A stretch of 63,937 bases of DNA, filler included, from Vicugna vicugna (GCA_013265495.1; 78 parts of 75 records of this genome joined end to end with filler, not necessarily neighbours in it); one strand, 5' to 3'; numbered from the whole stretch's first letter, positions 49,099 to 63,000 are shown. Made by a program: numbers and translations. The notes: generated by a model not told the origin, from the sequence alone.

Positions 49099-49924
49099 AG
49101 GCTGTGAGGGAAAGCTGGGGGTTGGGCTTGGAAGCCAAGTAGCCGCTTGTGCCAACCGATTGACAGAGGATTTACTTAGGGAACTCCCCTACCGGGGAAC
49201 ACCTGTGTCACCATTCATCTGCGTGGATTGGGGCTGCACACCTCTCCCACACACAAGAGTGTCTCCGGAGCCCTGAGTGTTAGGAAGTTCCTCCAAGTGA
49301 CAGCAGCATCTAGGTTCAATACAATCCCTTAGCTTGTCTTCCGTGATGGCTTGCTCTGCCAGGAGTGCGGGAGAAATTGGAGGTTGGGCTCTAAAACGAA
49401 GTATTAGCGAGTGCCTATCCATAGGATGTGGAGGTGTTTAACCTACATCCTCCAACCTAGGAATACCTGTGCCCCAGGATAAATGCGTGGACTCTGTTTC
49501 CACACCTCCACCACACACATGAAGAACTCTTCTGGTATCCTGAGTGTGGTGAGGCAACTCCAACAGACAGCAGCATCTGGGATCTAATAGGATCCCTTAG
49601 GATGACATCCATGTGTGTTTTCCAAGGACGGGCTGGGAGCGAAGGTGGGGGTTGGGCTCTAAATCCAAGTAATAGCGAGTGCCTCTCTATGGGCAGTGGA
49701 GGTGTTTAAAGTACATTCCCTCCCTGGGAACACCTGTGCCCCCATAATGTTGCGTAGACTATGTATCCCCAACACCAGCACACACAGAAAGACTTGTTCA
49801 GGTATCCTGAGTTTGGGGAGTCTCCTCCAACTGACAGCAGCGCCTGGGTTCTAATAGAATCCCTTAGCTTGTCTTCATTCAGGCCTGGCTCTGAGGGAAA
49901 GCTGGGGGTTGGGCTTTGAGGCCA
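49099..49924 (-). repeat. Satellite C
   Basis: GACAGCAG anchor at 49299, 49566 and 49833 (267 bp). Confidence 0.92.
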
Positions 49925-50791
49925 NNNNNNNNNNNNNNNNNNNNNNNNNNNNNNNNNNNNNNNNNNNNTTAATTAATTAANNNNNNNNNNNNNNNNNNNN
50001 NNNNNNNNNNNNNNNNNNNNNNNNGCTCAGTGTGAACTTCCTAAGGCCCCATGCTTTAATTTTCTCTTGGAATTAAGAAAACTAGTAACATTGTCTCTTA
50101 AGAATTTGATATATTTCATTTTACCAGATTTTGAGAGTTAGCTAATCCATTATGTTTTTCTTTTGTCTTACTGCTCTTGATAAGCTCAAAAATTATTAAG
50201 TACTTAAACCACTATCTCTATATATTAGTCCCCATGGTTAATTGATTTCTCCCCTTTTTTCTGGTCTTGGTTTTCTATTTTTATTTTTTACTCATTATAT
50301 TTTTATTTAATTAAAACAGCCTTCCTGTAGCATTTTATAAGTCGTCACAAAGGCCCATTTTGGTAGGTTTTCTGTACATTCATTGTAAGTCACTACTAAT
50401 AAGTCTTGAAAACTCTCATATTGGAAAATAGAATAATTCCCGTGGATGTGGTTTTGAGAACCTATGGCCTTCCAGAATGAGTGAGCTAGATTGTTGCCTT
50501 ACTGGAAGAGACTTTCAGCACTGTCAGTCTGAATGCTAGAAAAGATGTTGTCAGTACCAACTGTCAGTTTATGCTAAACTACTCTCCTTTTGACAATTTA
50601 CCTGGTTTTAGTTCCTTAAGTCTGTTTACAATAACCTATTAATACTGTTATATGTGCAGATTTTTCTAATTATATCAGCTGTAGGCTTAATAAAAATGTT
50701 CCTTAAATAAATGGGAATCAATTATTATTATTTGTCCTGGGTCAGTAGATTTTTATTTGATTTAACTTTTACCATTTTCTCCCTCTTTTAG

Positions 50792-50841
50792 GCACACTGA
50801 CTGTTATGGAAAGTCTCCTGACTTTACATTCAGGACCTGAG
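50792..50841 (+). CDS. Candidate 50-bp internal exon (xTLTVMESLLTLHSGPE), gene unknown
   Basis: Long polypyrimidine tract + TAG| acceptor and GAG|GTTAGT donor; only one frame is open. Confidence 0.4.
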
Positions 50842-50968
50842 GTTAGTTTTGGTTTGTCCCATGTTTTCNNNNNNNNNNNNNNNNNNNNNNNNNNNNNNNN
50901 NNNNNNNNNNNNTTAATTAATTAANNNNNNNNNNNNNNNNNNNNNNNNNNNNNNNNNNNNNNNNNNNN

Positions 50969-51838
50969 ACCATCAGGGAAGGCAAGTTAAGGGATTCAAG
51001 AACAGAGGCGCTGATGATAGTAGGAGGAACGTCCCAAAACTCAGGATTCCGGAACCCAACACTTTGTGGCGGGGAGATGTGGAGCCAAAATCCAAGTAGA
51101 TGAATGGGGTCACACTTGTTCAACATTAGGGAGAAGTCCTCTAAATACTTCCACATTCCATCGGGGGGCAGTTGCTGCTACTTGGCCTCCAAGCCAAACT
51201 CCCAGCTTTCCCTCTTAGCCCGGCCTAGGGAAACATTCAAGGAAAACATTCTAAGGGATTCTATTAGAACCCAGGCAGTGTTCCAAGGGAAGTAGTTTCA
51301 AACCCGGCACTGCCCACAGAAATGCACTCTCTAATACTTGGCTTTAGAGCCCATCCCCCACCATCGCTCAATGCTAGGCCTAGGAAAACACTTAGGGTAG
51401 GGAAGCTAAGGGATTCTATTCGAACCCAGGTGCTGCTGTCAGTTGGAGGAACCTCCCCACACTCAGAACACCAGAACACTTCTTCGTTTGTGTGCTGGNN
51501 NNNNNNNNNNNNNNNNNNNNNNNNNNNNNNNNNNNNNNNNNNTTAATTAATTAANNNNNNNNNNNNNNNNNNNNNNNNNNNNNNNNNNNNNNNNNNNNTG
51601 ACACAGGTGTTCCCCGGTAGGGGAGTTCCCTAAGTAATTTCTCAGTCAATTGGTTGGCACAAGCTGCTACTTGGCCTCCAAGCACAACCCCCAGCTTTCG
51701 CTCGCAGCCCGGCCTAGGGAAACACTCAGGGAATATAAGCTGATTATTCTATTCGAACGCAGGAACTTCTGTCAGTTGGAGGAACATCCACATACTCAGG
51801 ATTCCGGATCCCAGCCTTGTGTGGGGGGGAGTTGTGGA
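50969..51838 (+). repeat. Satellite C (two fragments, 50969-51498 and 51599-51838)
   Basis: C motifs; monomer-skipping junction near 51280. Confidence 0.88.
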
Positions 51839-51938
51839 NNNNNNNNNNNNNNNNNNNNNNNNNNNNNNNNNNNNNNNNNNNNTTAATTAATTAANNNNNN
51901 NNNNNNNNNNNNNNNNNNNNNNNNNNNNNNNNNNNNNN

Positions 51939-52707
51939 TAGAATACAGAATGTTGAACACAGAGTATAGAATATAGAATACGGTAAACTGAATATAGAAT
52001 TTAGAATACAGAATGTAGAACAGAAAATCGTATATAGAATACGGAATGCAGAATATAGAATACAGAATATAGAATGTAGAACACAGAATATAGAATATAT
52101 AATAGAGCATATGGAACCCAAAATTTAGAACATGGTATGCAGAACACAGAATTTAGAAAATAGAATACAGAATACTGAATATAGAATTTAGAATATAGAA
52201 TGTAGAACACAGAATNNNNNNNNNNNNNNNNNNNNNNNNNNNNNNNNNNNNNNNNNNNNNNNNNNNNNNNNNNNNNNNNNNNNNNNNNNNNNNNNNNNNN
52301 NNNNNNNNNNNNNNNNNNNNNNNNNNNNNNNNNNNNNNNNNNNNNNNNNNNNNNNNNNNNNNNNNNNNNNNNNNNNNNNNNNNNNNNNNNNNNNNNNNNN
52401 NNNNNNNNNNNNNNNNNNNNNNNNNNNNNNNNNNNNNNNNNNNNNNNNNNNNNNNNNNNNNNNNNNNNNNNNNNNNNNNNNNNNNNNNNNNNNNNNNNNN
52501 NNNNNNNNNNNNNNNNNNNNNNNNNNGAATTTAGAGAATACAGAATACTGAATATAAAATTTAGATTATACAATGTAGAACACAGAATATGGAATGTAGG
52601 ATAGGGAATGCAGAGAATTGAATACAGAATATAGACTATAGAACACAGAATATAGAATAAGGGAAACAGAATATAGAAACCAGAATTTAGAACATGGAAT
52701 GCAGAAC
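51939..52707 (-). repeat. Satellite E (heptamer)
   Basis: AGAATAY 7-mers. Confidence 0.95.
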
Positions 52708-52807
52708 NNNNNNNNNNNNNNNNNNNNNNNNNNNNNNNNNNNNNNNNNNNNTTAATTAATTAANNNNNNNNNNNNNNNNNNNNNNNNNNNNNNNNNNNNN
52801 NNNNNNN

Positions 52808-53361
52808 AAGTCAAATTAAATATTTCAATGTGCATATGTAAATTGTTTGGTGTTTGAAACATCAGTCATACGCATGTTCATAACTCAGAAATGCCTGTTT
52901 GAGGAATCCTTGTGCATGAAACATGTTCCAAATACGGAATGCCATGGTTATTTAAACAATGTAAATTACATGTGTATTGGTGAGAATTCGCTCAAANNNN
53001 NNNNNNNNNNNNNNNNNNNNNNNNNNNNNNNNNNNNNNNNNNNNNNNNNNNNNNNNNNNNNNNNNNNNNNNNNNNNNNNNNNNNNNNNNNNNNNNNNNNN
53101 NNNNNNNNNNNNNNNNNNNNNNNNNNNNNNNNNNNNNNNNNNNNNNNNNNNNNNNNNNNNNNNNNNNNNNNNNNNNNNNNNNNNNNNNNNNNNNNNNNNN
53201 NNNNNNNNNNNNNNNNNNNNNNNNNNNNNNNNNNNNNNNNNNNNNNNNNNCAAGAAGATTGAGGTCAAAGTCTGATTCTTGAAACTGGTGATAGGGAGAA
53301 GCAATGAAGCCATAGAAAATATTTCTAAGTGCATATGTACCCTGCTATGTTTGAAACATCA
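52808..53361 (+). repeat. Satellite D
   Basis: Matches 34090-34280. Confidence 0.9.
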
Positions 53362-53679
53362 NNNNNNNNNNNNNNNNNNNNNNNNNNNNNNNNNNNNNNN
53401 NNNNNTTAATTAATTAANNNNNNNNNNNNNNNNNNNNNNNNNNNNNNNNNNNNNNNNNNNNGATATTAATGTCAGTTTTTCTCATATAGAGGCAGGCTTT
53501 GTTATGTCCACAGTGACATAGCAATGTGGATTTACTCTCCTAATACTCTCCTAATGTATCTCTTCTCACAAATCATTACCAGGCTTTTTCGGGAGGTCAA
53601 TTTGTTATTTCAAACATAATCAACATTACTAAAGGAAATAATGTATGATCTATTCCCTATCTATTTTTCTCATTTTATA

Positions 53680-53870
53680 CTCCCTCCATTTTAACCACAT
53701 TCTAGTAGTGTTGAATTCTTTATCTGAAACATGCCATGGGTATTCGTTTTGTGAGTCATTTCCATTTGCTGTTGTTTTGTTCTGAATGTTTTTCCCATAG
53801 ATTTTGCTTGTCTGGCACTTTCTCATAAGCCAAGTCTCAGCTCTCATTGTTATCTCTACAGAAAAGGTGT
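53680..53870 (+). mobile_element. Ancient LINE-2 fragment
   Basis: Weak resemblance to the L2 3' region (TTTGCTGTT...CTGAATGTTTTTCCC..AGAT). Confidence 0.4.
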
Positions 53871-54619
53871 TTTTTTGTTTTTTTTTTTTTATCTGATTAA
53901 CTACTCAAAATAGCAACTTCCTTTANNNNNNNNNNNNNNNNNNNNNNNNNNNNNNNNNNNNNNNNNNNNTTAATTAATTAANNNNNNNNNNNNNNNNNNN
54001 NNNNNNNNNNNNNNNNNNNNNNNNNGTGTGATTAATGAATGTCCTTACCTTTAAAGTGCAACTCATATTGGTGCCAACTCATTGGGTTGTCGTGAACACA
54101 AAGTTCCTGGAACAGCAGGACAGAGCTCTGTAAGGGTTTGCTGTTGCTTTGGTTACTATTATTATCACCAAGTGAACCCTGAAATGAAGAACAAAGGCAG
54201 CAAGAATTTTTATTTTAAATGATTTTAAAATCCTCTGATTTCATTTCATCTATTCCAGTTTGCATTTGACACTTATTAACAACTACACAATGGATGACTT
54301 TTGAGGCAATCTTGCTTCATGTCTTTAATTCTCACTAACGACACAGGCTATTTAACAGGCAGTAGTTTCTTTTCCAGGAAGAGGGACAAAAAGTTAAAAA
54401 TGACTCAGTGCCTCTCAGTCCCAAGTGAGTTGGTTGTGACCTGTCAACCGAGCTTTAGGGAAGTGCCCGCTCCTCCTGGGCTCGCTGTGCTGCCCTGCAG
54501 CCTCCAAGGGGCGCCATACNNNNNNNNNNNNNNNNNNNNNNNNNNNNNNNNNNNNNNNNNNNNTTAATTAATTAANNNNNNNNNNNNNNNNNNNNNNNNN
54601 NNNNNNNNNNNNNNNNNNN

Positions 54620-54961
54620 CCATTCTGAAACTATTTACAAAGCATTCTGAAAGAAATTAAAGAATGCTTCAGAGTGGAAAGGTATCTCATATTCACCATC
54701 TGGAAGGCTTAATATTGTTAAGATGACAATACTCCCCAAATGAATCTACAAACCCATTGCTATCTCTATCAGAATTGTAGCTGCGACTTTGCAGTAAGTG
54801 GCATACTGACACTACAATTCACGTGGAAATAAAAGGATCAACACTAAGCCAAACAATCTTGGAAGGTAAAAAATCTAGAGGACTCCCAGTTCTTGACTTC
54901 AAAATCTTAATATAGAGCTACAGTAATCAAAACATTATCCTGCATAAGGATAGATATTTTA
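54620..54961 (+). mobile_element. LINE-1 ORF2 fragment
   Basis: GGAAGGCTTAATATTGTTAAGATGACAATACTCCCCAAA (GRLNIVKM.ILPK) and AGCTACAGTAATCAAAAC. Confidence 0.85.
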
Positions 54962-55061
54962 NNNNNNNNNNNNNNNNNNNNNNNNNNNNNNNNNNNNNNN
55001 NNNNNTTAATTAATTAANNNNNNNNNNNNNNNNNNNNNNNNNNNNNNNNNNNNNNNNNNNN

Positions 55062-55514
55062 ACCTGTGAATGAAGAGAGCTGCATGGAGTTGTCTCTCGA
55101 TCTCCCTCACGCTCTGACAATGTTTAGGGAATCCTGAGCGTGGGGAGCTTCCACCAACCGTCGGCAGCGCGTGGGTTCTAACGGAATGCCTAAGCTCGTC
55201 TCCCCTGAGTGATTTATTTATTTCTCTGTGCCAGGGAATACTAGGGGTTATTGCAGGACATCCCAGTGACCGAGGCTGCCTCCCCAAGTTCAGGTAAAGT
55301 ATTTCCCGGACTTCTCCGAACAGGGAACACCTGTGACTGAAGAGAGCTGCGTGGAGTTGTCTCTCGAGCTCCCCCACGCTCTGACAATGTTTCCGGAATC
55401 CTGAGCTTTGGGAGCTTCCACCAACGGTCGGCAGCGCGTGGGTTCTAACGGAAAGCCTAAGCTCGTCTCCCCTGAGGGTTTTCCTAATGTCTCTGTGCCA
55501 GGGAATGCTAGGGG
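55062..55514 (-). repeat. Satellite A (267-bp)
   Basis: A motifs at 267-bp spacing. Confidence 0.95.
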
Positions 55515-55614
55515 NNNNNNNNNNNNNNNNNNNNNNNNNNNNNNNNNNNNNNNNNNNNTTAATTAATTAANNNNNNNNNNNNNNNNNNNNNNNNNNNNNN
55601 NNNNNNNNNNNNNN

Positions 55615-56551
55615 TGCAAACCACCCTAGCATTCCCTGGTACAGAGATATTAGGAAAAATCCCAGGGGAGACGAGCTTAGGCATTTCGTTAAAACCTACG
55701 CGCTGCCGACCGTTGGTGGAACCTCCCCACGCTCAGGATTCCGGAACCGTTGTCAGTGCGTGGGGGAGCTCGAGAGACAACTCCACGCAGCTCTCTTCAG
55801 TCACAGGTGTTCCCTGAAAGGGGAAGTCCGATAAATACCTTCCCTGAAGTTGGGGAGTTAGCCCCTGACACTGGGATAGCCTGCAAACCCCCCTAGCATT
55901 CCCTGGCACAGAGCTATTACGAAAAAACCGAGGAGAGACGAGCTCAGGCAATTCGTAAGAACCCACGCCCTGCCGACCTTTGGTGGAACCTCCCTACGCT
56001 CAGGATTCCGGAACCATTGTCTGTGCGTGGGGAGCTCGAGAGACAACTCCACGCAGCTCTCTTCAGTCACAGGTGTTCCCTGTTAGGGGGAATTCAGAGA
56101 AATACCTTCCCTGACCTTGGGAAGGCAGGCTCTGTCACTGGGATTACCTACTAGCATTCCCTGGCAAAGAGATATATGAAAAAAACCCGGGGGAGACGAG
56201 CTTAGGCATTCCGTTAGAACCCGCACGCTGCCGACCGTTTGTGGAACTTCCCCATGCTCAGAATTCCGTAAACATTGTCAATGCGTGGGGAGCTCGAGAG
56301 AAAACTCCACGCAGCTCTCTTCAGTCACAGGTGTTTCCTGAACGGGGAAGTCCGAGAAAAACATTCCCTGACTTTGGGGAGTCAGCCTCTGTCACTGGGA
56401 TTGCCTGCAAACCCACCTAGCATTCCCTGGCATAGCGACATTAGGAAAAAACCCAGGGTAGACGAGCTTAGGCATTTCGTTAGAACCCACGCGCTGAGGA
56501 TGGTTTGTGGTACCTCCCCACGCTCAGGATTTCGGAACCATTGTCAGTGCG
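55615..56551 (+). repeat. Satellite A (267-bp), about 3.5 monomers
   Basis: A motifs; 9-bp deletion near 56150. Confidence 0.95.
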
Positions 56552-57394
56552 NNNNNNNNNNNNNNNNNNNNNNNNNNNNNNNNNNNNNNNNNNNNTTAAT
56601 TAATTAANNNNNNNNNNNNNNNNNNNNNNNNNNNNNNNNNNNNNNNNNNNNTTAATAAAACCCATTTGTTGGGAAAAGGGAGAGAAAACGAAATGATATT
56701 TAAAATAATGCTATTTTAAAATAATGCTAGATATTTTAAAATAATGCTAGAATGTGATTCAAAATAGCATTTGAGCGTGGGTTTACTGGGTTTGAAATTG
56801 TTTCACATAATAAAGTTTTTAATTTCAGAGATGTTACCCTTCACACCAATGTGAATTATCAGTAAACCTTATTAAGTATCCTGAAATCCAGTGAAAATCC
56901 AGTGATTAATGATGAATAGACTGCCTGGATGGAATGAGAAGGGCACAAGAGGCTGAGAGCAGTGATTCTAGGAAAAGCCCAGGAAGCTCTACACGGTCCT
57001 GGTGCAGGGCTGGGGTCAGGAGGGGCAGCTCACATCCAGGGAGGAGTTGGACAAGGGGGATGTGGGAAGCGATGTTCCCGAAGAAAGAGGGGCCGGAAGG
57101 TAGCAGGACAGTCCAGGCAAGGTGAGGATTTGAGTTCATGTAGGGAGAGTGGGGAGTACCAGTTTCCACAGGCTGAGTAAGACTGGTGAGACTGCTGATA
57201 GTGTGGAGAGACAGAATCAGACGAAGCAGTTAGAAGGAGGCTGGATCAGTCACCCATGAGACTCAGACAGAGTGCGCCCTCTGGAAGACGACGTNNNNNN
57301 NNNNNNNNNNNNNNNNNNNNNNNNNNNNNNNNNNNNNNTTAATTAATTAANNNNNNNNNNNNNNNNNNNNNNNNNNNNNNNNNNNNNNNNNNNN

Positions 57395-58185
57395 GCTGCC
57401 GACCGTTGGTGGAACCTCCTCAAGCTCAGGAATCCGGAAACATTGTCACTGCGTGGGGGAGCACAAGTGACAACTCCACGCAGCTCTCTTCAGTCACAGG
57501 TGTTCCCTGTTCGGGGAAGTCCGAGAAATACCTTCCCTGACCTTGGGGAGGCAGCCTCTGTCACTGGGATATCCTGCAAACACCNNNNNNNNNNNNNNNN
57601 NNNNNNNNNNNNNNNNNNNNNNNNNNNNNNNNNNNNNNNNNNNNNNNNNNNNNNNNNNNNNNNNNNNNNNNNNNNNNNNNNNNNNNNNNNNNNNNNNNNN
57701 NNNNNNNNNNNNNNNNNNNNNNNNNNNNNNNNNNNNNNNNNNNNNNNNNNNNNNNNNNNNNNNNNNNNNNNNNNNNNNNNNNNNNNNNNNNNNNNNNNNN
57801 NNNNNNNNNNNNNNNNNNNNNNNNNNNNNNNNNNNNNNNNNNNNNNNNNNNNNNNNNNNNNNNNNNNNNNNNNNNNNNNNNNNNNNNNNNNNNNNNNNNN
57901 NNNNNNNNNNNNNNNNNNNNNNNNNNNNNNNNNNNNNNNNNNNNNNNNNNNNNNNNNNNNNNNNNNNNNNNNNNNNNNNNNNNNNNNNNNNNNNNNNNNN
58001 NNNNNNNNNNNNNNNNNNNNNNNNNNNNNNNNNNNNNNNNNNNNNNNNNNNNNNNNNNNNNNNNNNNNNNNNNNNNNNNNNNNNNNNNNNNNNNNNNNNN
58101 NNNNNNNNNNNNNNNNNNNNNNNNNNNNNCCTCAAGGAAAACGAGCTTAGGCATTCCGCTAGAACCCACGCGCTGCCGAATGTTG
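57395..58185 (+). repeat. Satellite A (267-bp), gapped
   Basis: A motifs on both sides of the gap. Confidence 0.92.
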
Positions 58186-58285
58186 NNNNNNNNNNNNNNN
58201 NNNNNNNNNNNNNNNNNNNNNNNNNNNNNTTAATTAATTAANNNNNNNNNNNNNNNNNNNNNNNNNNNNNNNNNNNNNNNNNNNN

Positions 58286-58803
58286 CTGGGTTCTGAATTC
58301 TGTTTTTCATATTCTATATTTTGTGTTCTAGATTCTATATTCTGTATTCAATATTCTGCATCCCGTATTCTACATACCATATTCTGTGTTCTTCATTCTA
58401 TATTCTAAATTCGATATTCAGTATTCTGTGTTCAATATTCTAAATTCTGTGTTCTACTTTCCATGTTCTAAATTTTGGGTTTTCTATTCTCTATTCTATA
58501 TTCTATATTTTGTGTTCATCATTCTATTTTCTATATTGTATTTTCTACATTCCGTATTCTATATTCTATATTCTGTGTTCTACATTCTATATTCTATATT
58601 CAGTTTTCTTTATTCTATATTCTAAATTCTGTGTTCTACATTCTTATTCTAATTTCTACATTCAGTATTCTGTATTCTATATTCTTAATTCTGGTTTATA
58701 AATTCTACGTATTCTGTATTCTATATTCTTAATTCTGAGTTCTGCATTCCATGTTTTCAATTCTGTGTTTTGTATTCTCTTTTCCATATTCTATATTCTG
58801 TGT
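58286..58803 (+). repeat. Satellite E (heptamer)
   Basis: 7-bp periodicity. Confidence 0.95.
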
Positions 58804-61305
58804 NNNNNNNNNNNNNNNNNNNNNNNNNNNNNNNNNNNNNNNNNNNNTTAATTAATTAANNNNNNNNNNNNNNNNNNNNNNNNNNNNNNNNNNNNNNNNN
58901 NNNGCTTCGCAAAGCTTCGCGCTGGGTGTTGGTGTCTGACTGGGAGTTGGCCGCGAGACGTGCACTCCGGGTAGAGGAGAGTGCGCTCGCCGAGGCACAG
59001 AAGTCTGAACACGGCACAGCCGGTCAGGAAAAGCAGGAGTTGTCTGAGAAGTGAGGCTGTGGGTGGGTGCCTTGGGGAGAAAGCTGGAGTGGAGGCAGCT
59101 GGGGTGAGTGGGGCCGAGTTCTGAGGGGCTTTGTTTCCTAAGCAGTTGGGACTTGATATGGTAGGGGACGGTCCCTGAAGGATGCCCTTTTTCTGCTGGT
59201 TCCTCATCCAATTTTGTGTTTCCCTCTGTCTCTCTTTGACTTTCTACCCGCTGCACTTGTCTCTTCTGTCTACTTATTTAGGGCTACTCAGTGGGTATGA
59301 TTTTTATCCAGTCTCCACAGGAATTTTGAAATGTATGTGGGTTTTGTTTTGCTTTTTGTTGTTGCATTGATTGGAAGTGTTATTGGACTCCGGTGTGTAT
59401 GTGGTGGAGGCAGATGTGCCAAATGACCTGCATGCATTTTGTGCACAGCACATTCAGTCCCTGCACCAGAGGAACATCCTGTTTAGATGCCTGTGGTGTT
59501 TCCCTCCAGCCCATCCTAAAGAGGGGCTGGGCCCTAGTCAGGTCCTGCCTTCCTCTGACATTCATCTCCTCCAACAATGTGTCCTTATTACTTTCACCTC
59601 TAGCCCTCCCTCCATCCCTCCACGGGACTTTGCTGGGTATTGGTACCACCTGTTTCAAAGGCAGGACCAGCAGTGGTATAAATCATGTACAGAGGCTCCA
59701 GACCAGATTCCTAGTTGTGCTGGTTTAGCTGTTAACTTGACTTTTATTAAAGAAGTCCCTTGTTTGGTTTTTGGAGCTCAAAGATGGGAGGANNNNNNNN
59801 NNNNNNNNNNNNNNNNNNNNNNNNNNNNNNNNNNNNTTAATTAATTAANNNNNNNNNNNNNNNNNNNNNNNNNNNNNNNNNNNNNNNNNNNNTATACATG
59901 CGTATATATCTGTTATATATCTTACGTGTATATATGGGTGTTCTACAATGTCTTTGTTTTTCCCTGTGCAGTTGTGTTGCTTTGTCAGCTGCTATAATCC
60001 AGATGGTCAGAATTTTATTGTGAGCTTTCACTAGGTACCGTCAAGAGCAGGTTGTCATAAAGGTTGCTCATAAACATAATCTGTGCATGCTACTCCTGAC
60101 CTTCTCCTTTACATTCTCTGTCATCAGGCACAGCTATGAGCTGCTGTTTGTTTTGTTTACCCCACAGGTGATTCTGATGTACAAAGCTGGGAATCACTTC
60201 TTTGTAAGCTGGGTCTGCGTTGTAAAATAAACATCTTGAAAATTATATTTACTTTTCAGCAAGGATTGATGGATGGATGAAAATTCTCTTTCAACTGTTG
60301 TGGTCAGAGCCAACCTAAAGCACAGCTTTCAACCTCCATCAGTTTTTATTTCTATGAGTTAGTGCTTTTATTTCTTTATTGCCATCTCCAGTGCTTTCTA
60401 AGTTGCCTGTTTCAAACTTGTGTTTGAGGGATTCTGACAGCAAATCATCTTTGATGAGGATCCTTACCTCATGTCACACAGACAGAGCATCACTAGGGGG
60501 CGCTGTGCGTTTAGTGGTCTGTACGTGTAACATCTGTAACTTTCAGTTCTAGGTTAAGGCTGAGTGTAGTTTCCGATATCACTGNNNNNNNNNNNNNNNN
60601 NNNNNNNNNNNNNNNNNNNNNNNNNNNNTTAATTAATTAANNNNNNNNNNNNNNNNNNNNNNNNNNNNNNNNNNNNNNNNNNNNTTCTCCAGGTTCACTT
60701 GTCCATTTTGAAGAGGTCTGAGTTAAGTCCATCCTCTGTAAGATCAATTCCCTTCAATGAAAACTCATTGAGCCTGCAATTAAAAGCCAACTGAACAGGA
60801 CTGTCCTCAGCTAAAAATGTCACCCACTCTTCACTGCTTTCTTAATTTCCTTTCCTGGCTAATTGCAACAGACTAATACCTCCCTCCACCCAGCTCCCCA
60901 ACTATGTGAAACAGAAAGTAAGGTCCATAAAAGAGGAGACAACTCCATAGTCACCTCTGAATTCCTAGAACATACTAATGTCATTAAATAGAACTATGAT
61001 TATGGCTTCTTTATTCCTTTAAATCTGGTTATTTAAATGAGATCATGGAATGGAGATGTTTGGGTCCAGTATCTTGATCCAGAAGACTCTGGAGGCCTTT
61101 TTCGGAATGGCTGCTCACTGATCCATTCAAAACACAACTTCTCATTCCGAGAGGAGCTGTGATTTTCTACCAGGAGTTTGTGGTCACTCTCATGCCATAA
61201 CAGCTNNNNNNNNNNNNNNNNNNNNNNNNNNNNNNNNNNNNNNNNNNNNTTAATTAATTAANNNNNNNNNNNNNNNNNNNNNNNNNNNNNNNNNNNNNNN
61301 NNNNN

Positions 61306-61702
61306 GTTCTACATTCTATAGTCAAAATTCTAAATTCAGTATTGTGTATTGTATATTCTAAATTTTGTGTTCTGCATTAAATGTTGTATATTATATATTC
61401 AGTATTCTGTATTCTATATTCTAAATTCTGTGTTCTGCATTCCAAATTCTAAATCCTTTTTTCAGAATTATGGATTCTATATTCTATATTCTGTGTTCTA
61501 TATTCTAAATTGTATATTCAGTATTCTTTATTCTACATTCTAAATTCTGTGTTCTGCATTCTATGTTCTAAATTATTTTCTATATATTGTGTGTTCTGCA
61601 TTCCATGTTCTCTATTCTTGTTTCTGTATTATGTTTTCCATATTCTATATTCTCTGTTCTACATTCTATTTTCTGTATTCTATATTCTGCATTCCATTCC
61701 GT
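61306..61702 (+). repeat. Satellite E (heptamer)
   Basis: 7-bp periodicity. Confidence 0.95.
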
Positions 61703-61802
61703 NNNNNNNNNNNNNNNNNNNNNNNNNNNNNNNNNNNNNNNNNNNNTTAATTAATTAANNNNNNNNNNNNNNNNNNNNNNNNNNNNNNNNNNNNNNNNNN
61801 NN

Positions 61803-62287
61803 TGAAAGATGCTTTGACTTTTCCCTACATCCAGCACACACACGAAGTTATGTTCTGGTATTCTGAGGGTGGGGAAGTTCTTCAAACTGACAGCAGCACC
61901 TGGATTCAATTAGTATCCCTTAGCTTCTCTTCCCTGAGTGTCTTTAAGCCAGGCCATGAGGGAAAGCTGGGGGTTGGGCTTGGAGGCCACGTAGCAGTGT
62001 GTGTGCCCCCTGACCCCCTGATCCACTGAGGAAGTACTTAGAGGACTTCTCCCTAAACGGAACACCTTTTCCTCCATTCATCTGTGTGCAGTGGGGCTGC
62101 ACATATCTCCCACACCTAAGAAGGTATTCTGACATTCTGAGTGCAGGGAAGTTCCTCCAACTGACAGCAGCGCCTGGGTTCTAATTGAATCCCTTTGCTT
62201 GTCTTCCCTGATGGAAAGCGTAGGCGGGAGTGCAGGGGAAATTGTGGTTTGGGCTCCGAAACCAAGTATTTGCGATGACTTCTCTAT
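61803..62287 (-). repeat. Satellite C
   Basis: Colinear with 24102-24575; anchor spacing of 274 bp equals 267 plus a 7-bp duplication near 62010. Confidence 0.92.
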
Positions 62288-63000
62288 NNNNNNNNNNNNN
62301 NNNNNNNNNNNNNNNNNNNNNNNNNNNNNNNTTAATTAATTAANNNNNNNNNNNNNNNNNNNNNNNNNNNNNNNNNNNNNNNNNNNNCAACCGCACTCAT
62401 GCTTTTTAAACTCAGCCCCAGGACCCCTCACCCCTCTAATCTCCTTCCCATCTCTTCCTTTTTCGAGGGATAACCCATCTTACGGTGCCCCAGCCCCACA
62501 CCCGCAGCCCCTGAACCATCACCCGTAGTAATGCCCAAAAAACCCCAGGAGTGACAGCTGCCAGACAACAAAGCCGTCCTTCTGGGAAGAAGTGGGCAGA
62601 GAAGAGGGCACACACCGGTTAGTGGTGGCTTAGTTATTTCCTTTTCTCTCGTCCCCTCAGGGACATGAATGCTGGTTTTGCTGCTGCTGCCCTGGCTACG
62701 GTTCCTTCCAACTTCTGTCTCCTCATCACACGGTCACGATGCTGAAAACAGCAGCGTGGTGACCAGATGATGTCATGGCCCCGGTGGGGCTGTGGGAGTC
62801 CAGCCTGGTGCAGGCAGCGCAGACTGGACAGCTGTTGAGAATTTTACAGTTTTATGAAAGACACTAAATTTATTTTGCTTTCTGCTGTCACTGCATAGTG
62901 NNNNNNNNNNNNNNNNNNNNNNNNNNNNNNNNNNNNNNNNNNNNTTAATTAATTAANNNNNNNNNNNNNNNNNNNNNNNNNNNNNNNNNNNNNNNNNNNN

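Noticed and set aside
56475..56491. CENP-B box in satellite A (TTTCGTTAGAACCCACG)
   Set aside because: It has the TTCG and A positions but lacks the essential CGGG, and most monomers read TTCCG instead.
59371..59792. Overlapping ORFs on both strands
   Set aside because: No recognisable protein family or convincing splice structure.
62661..62770. Acceptor site followed by a signal-peptide-like MLVLLLLPWLRFLP frame
   Set aside because: All three frames stop within about 110 nt and no donor is evident, so a coding exon is not supported.
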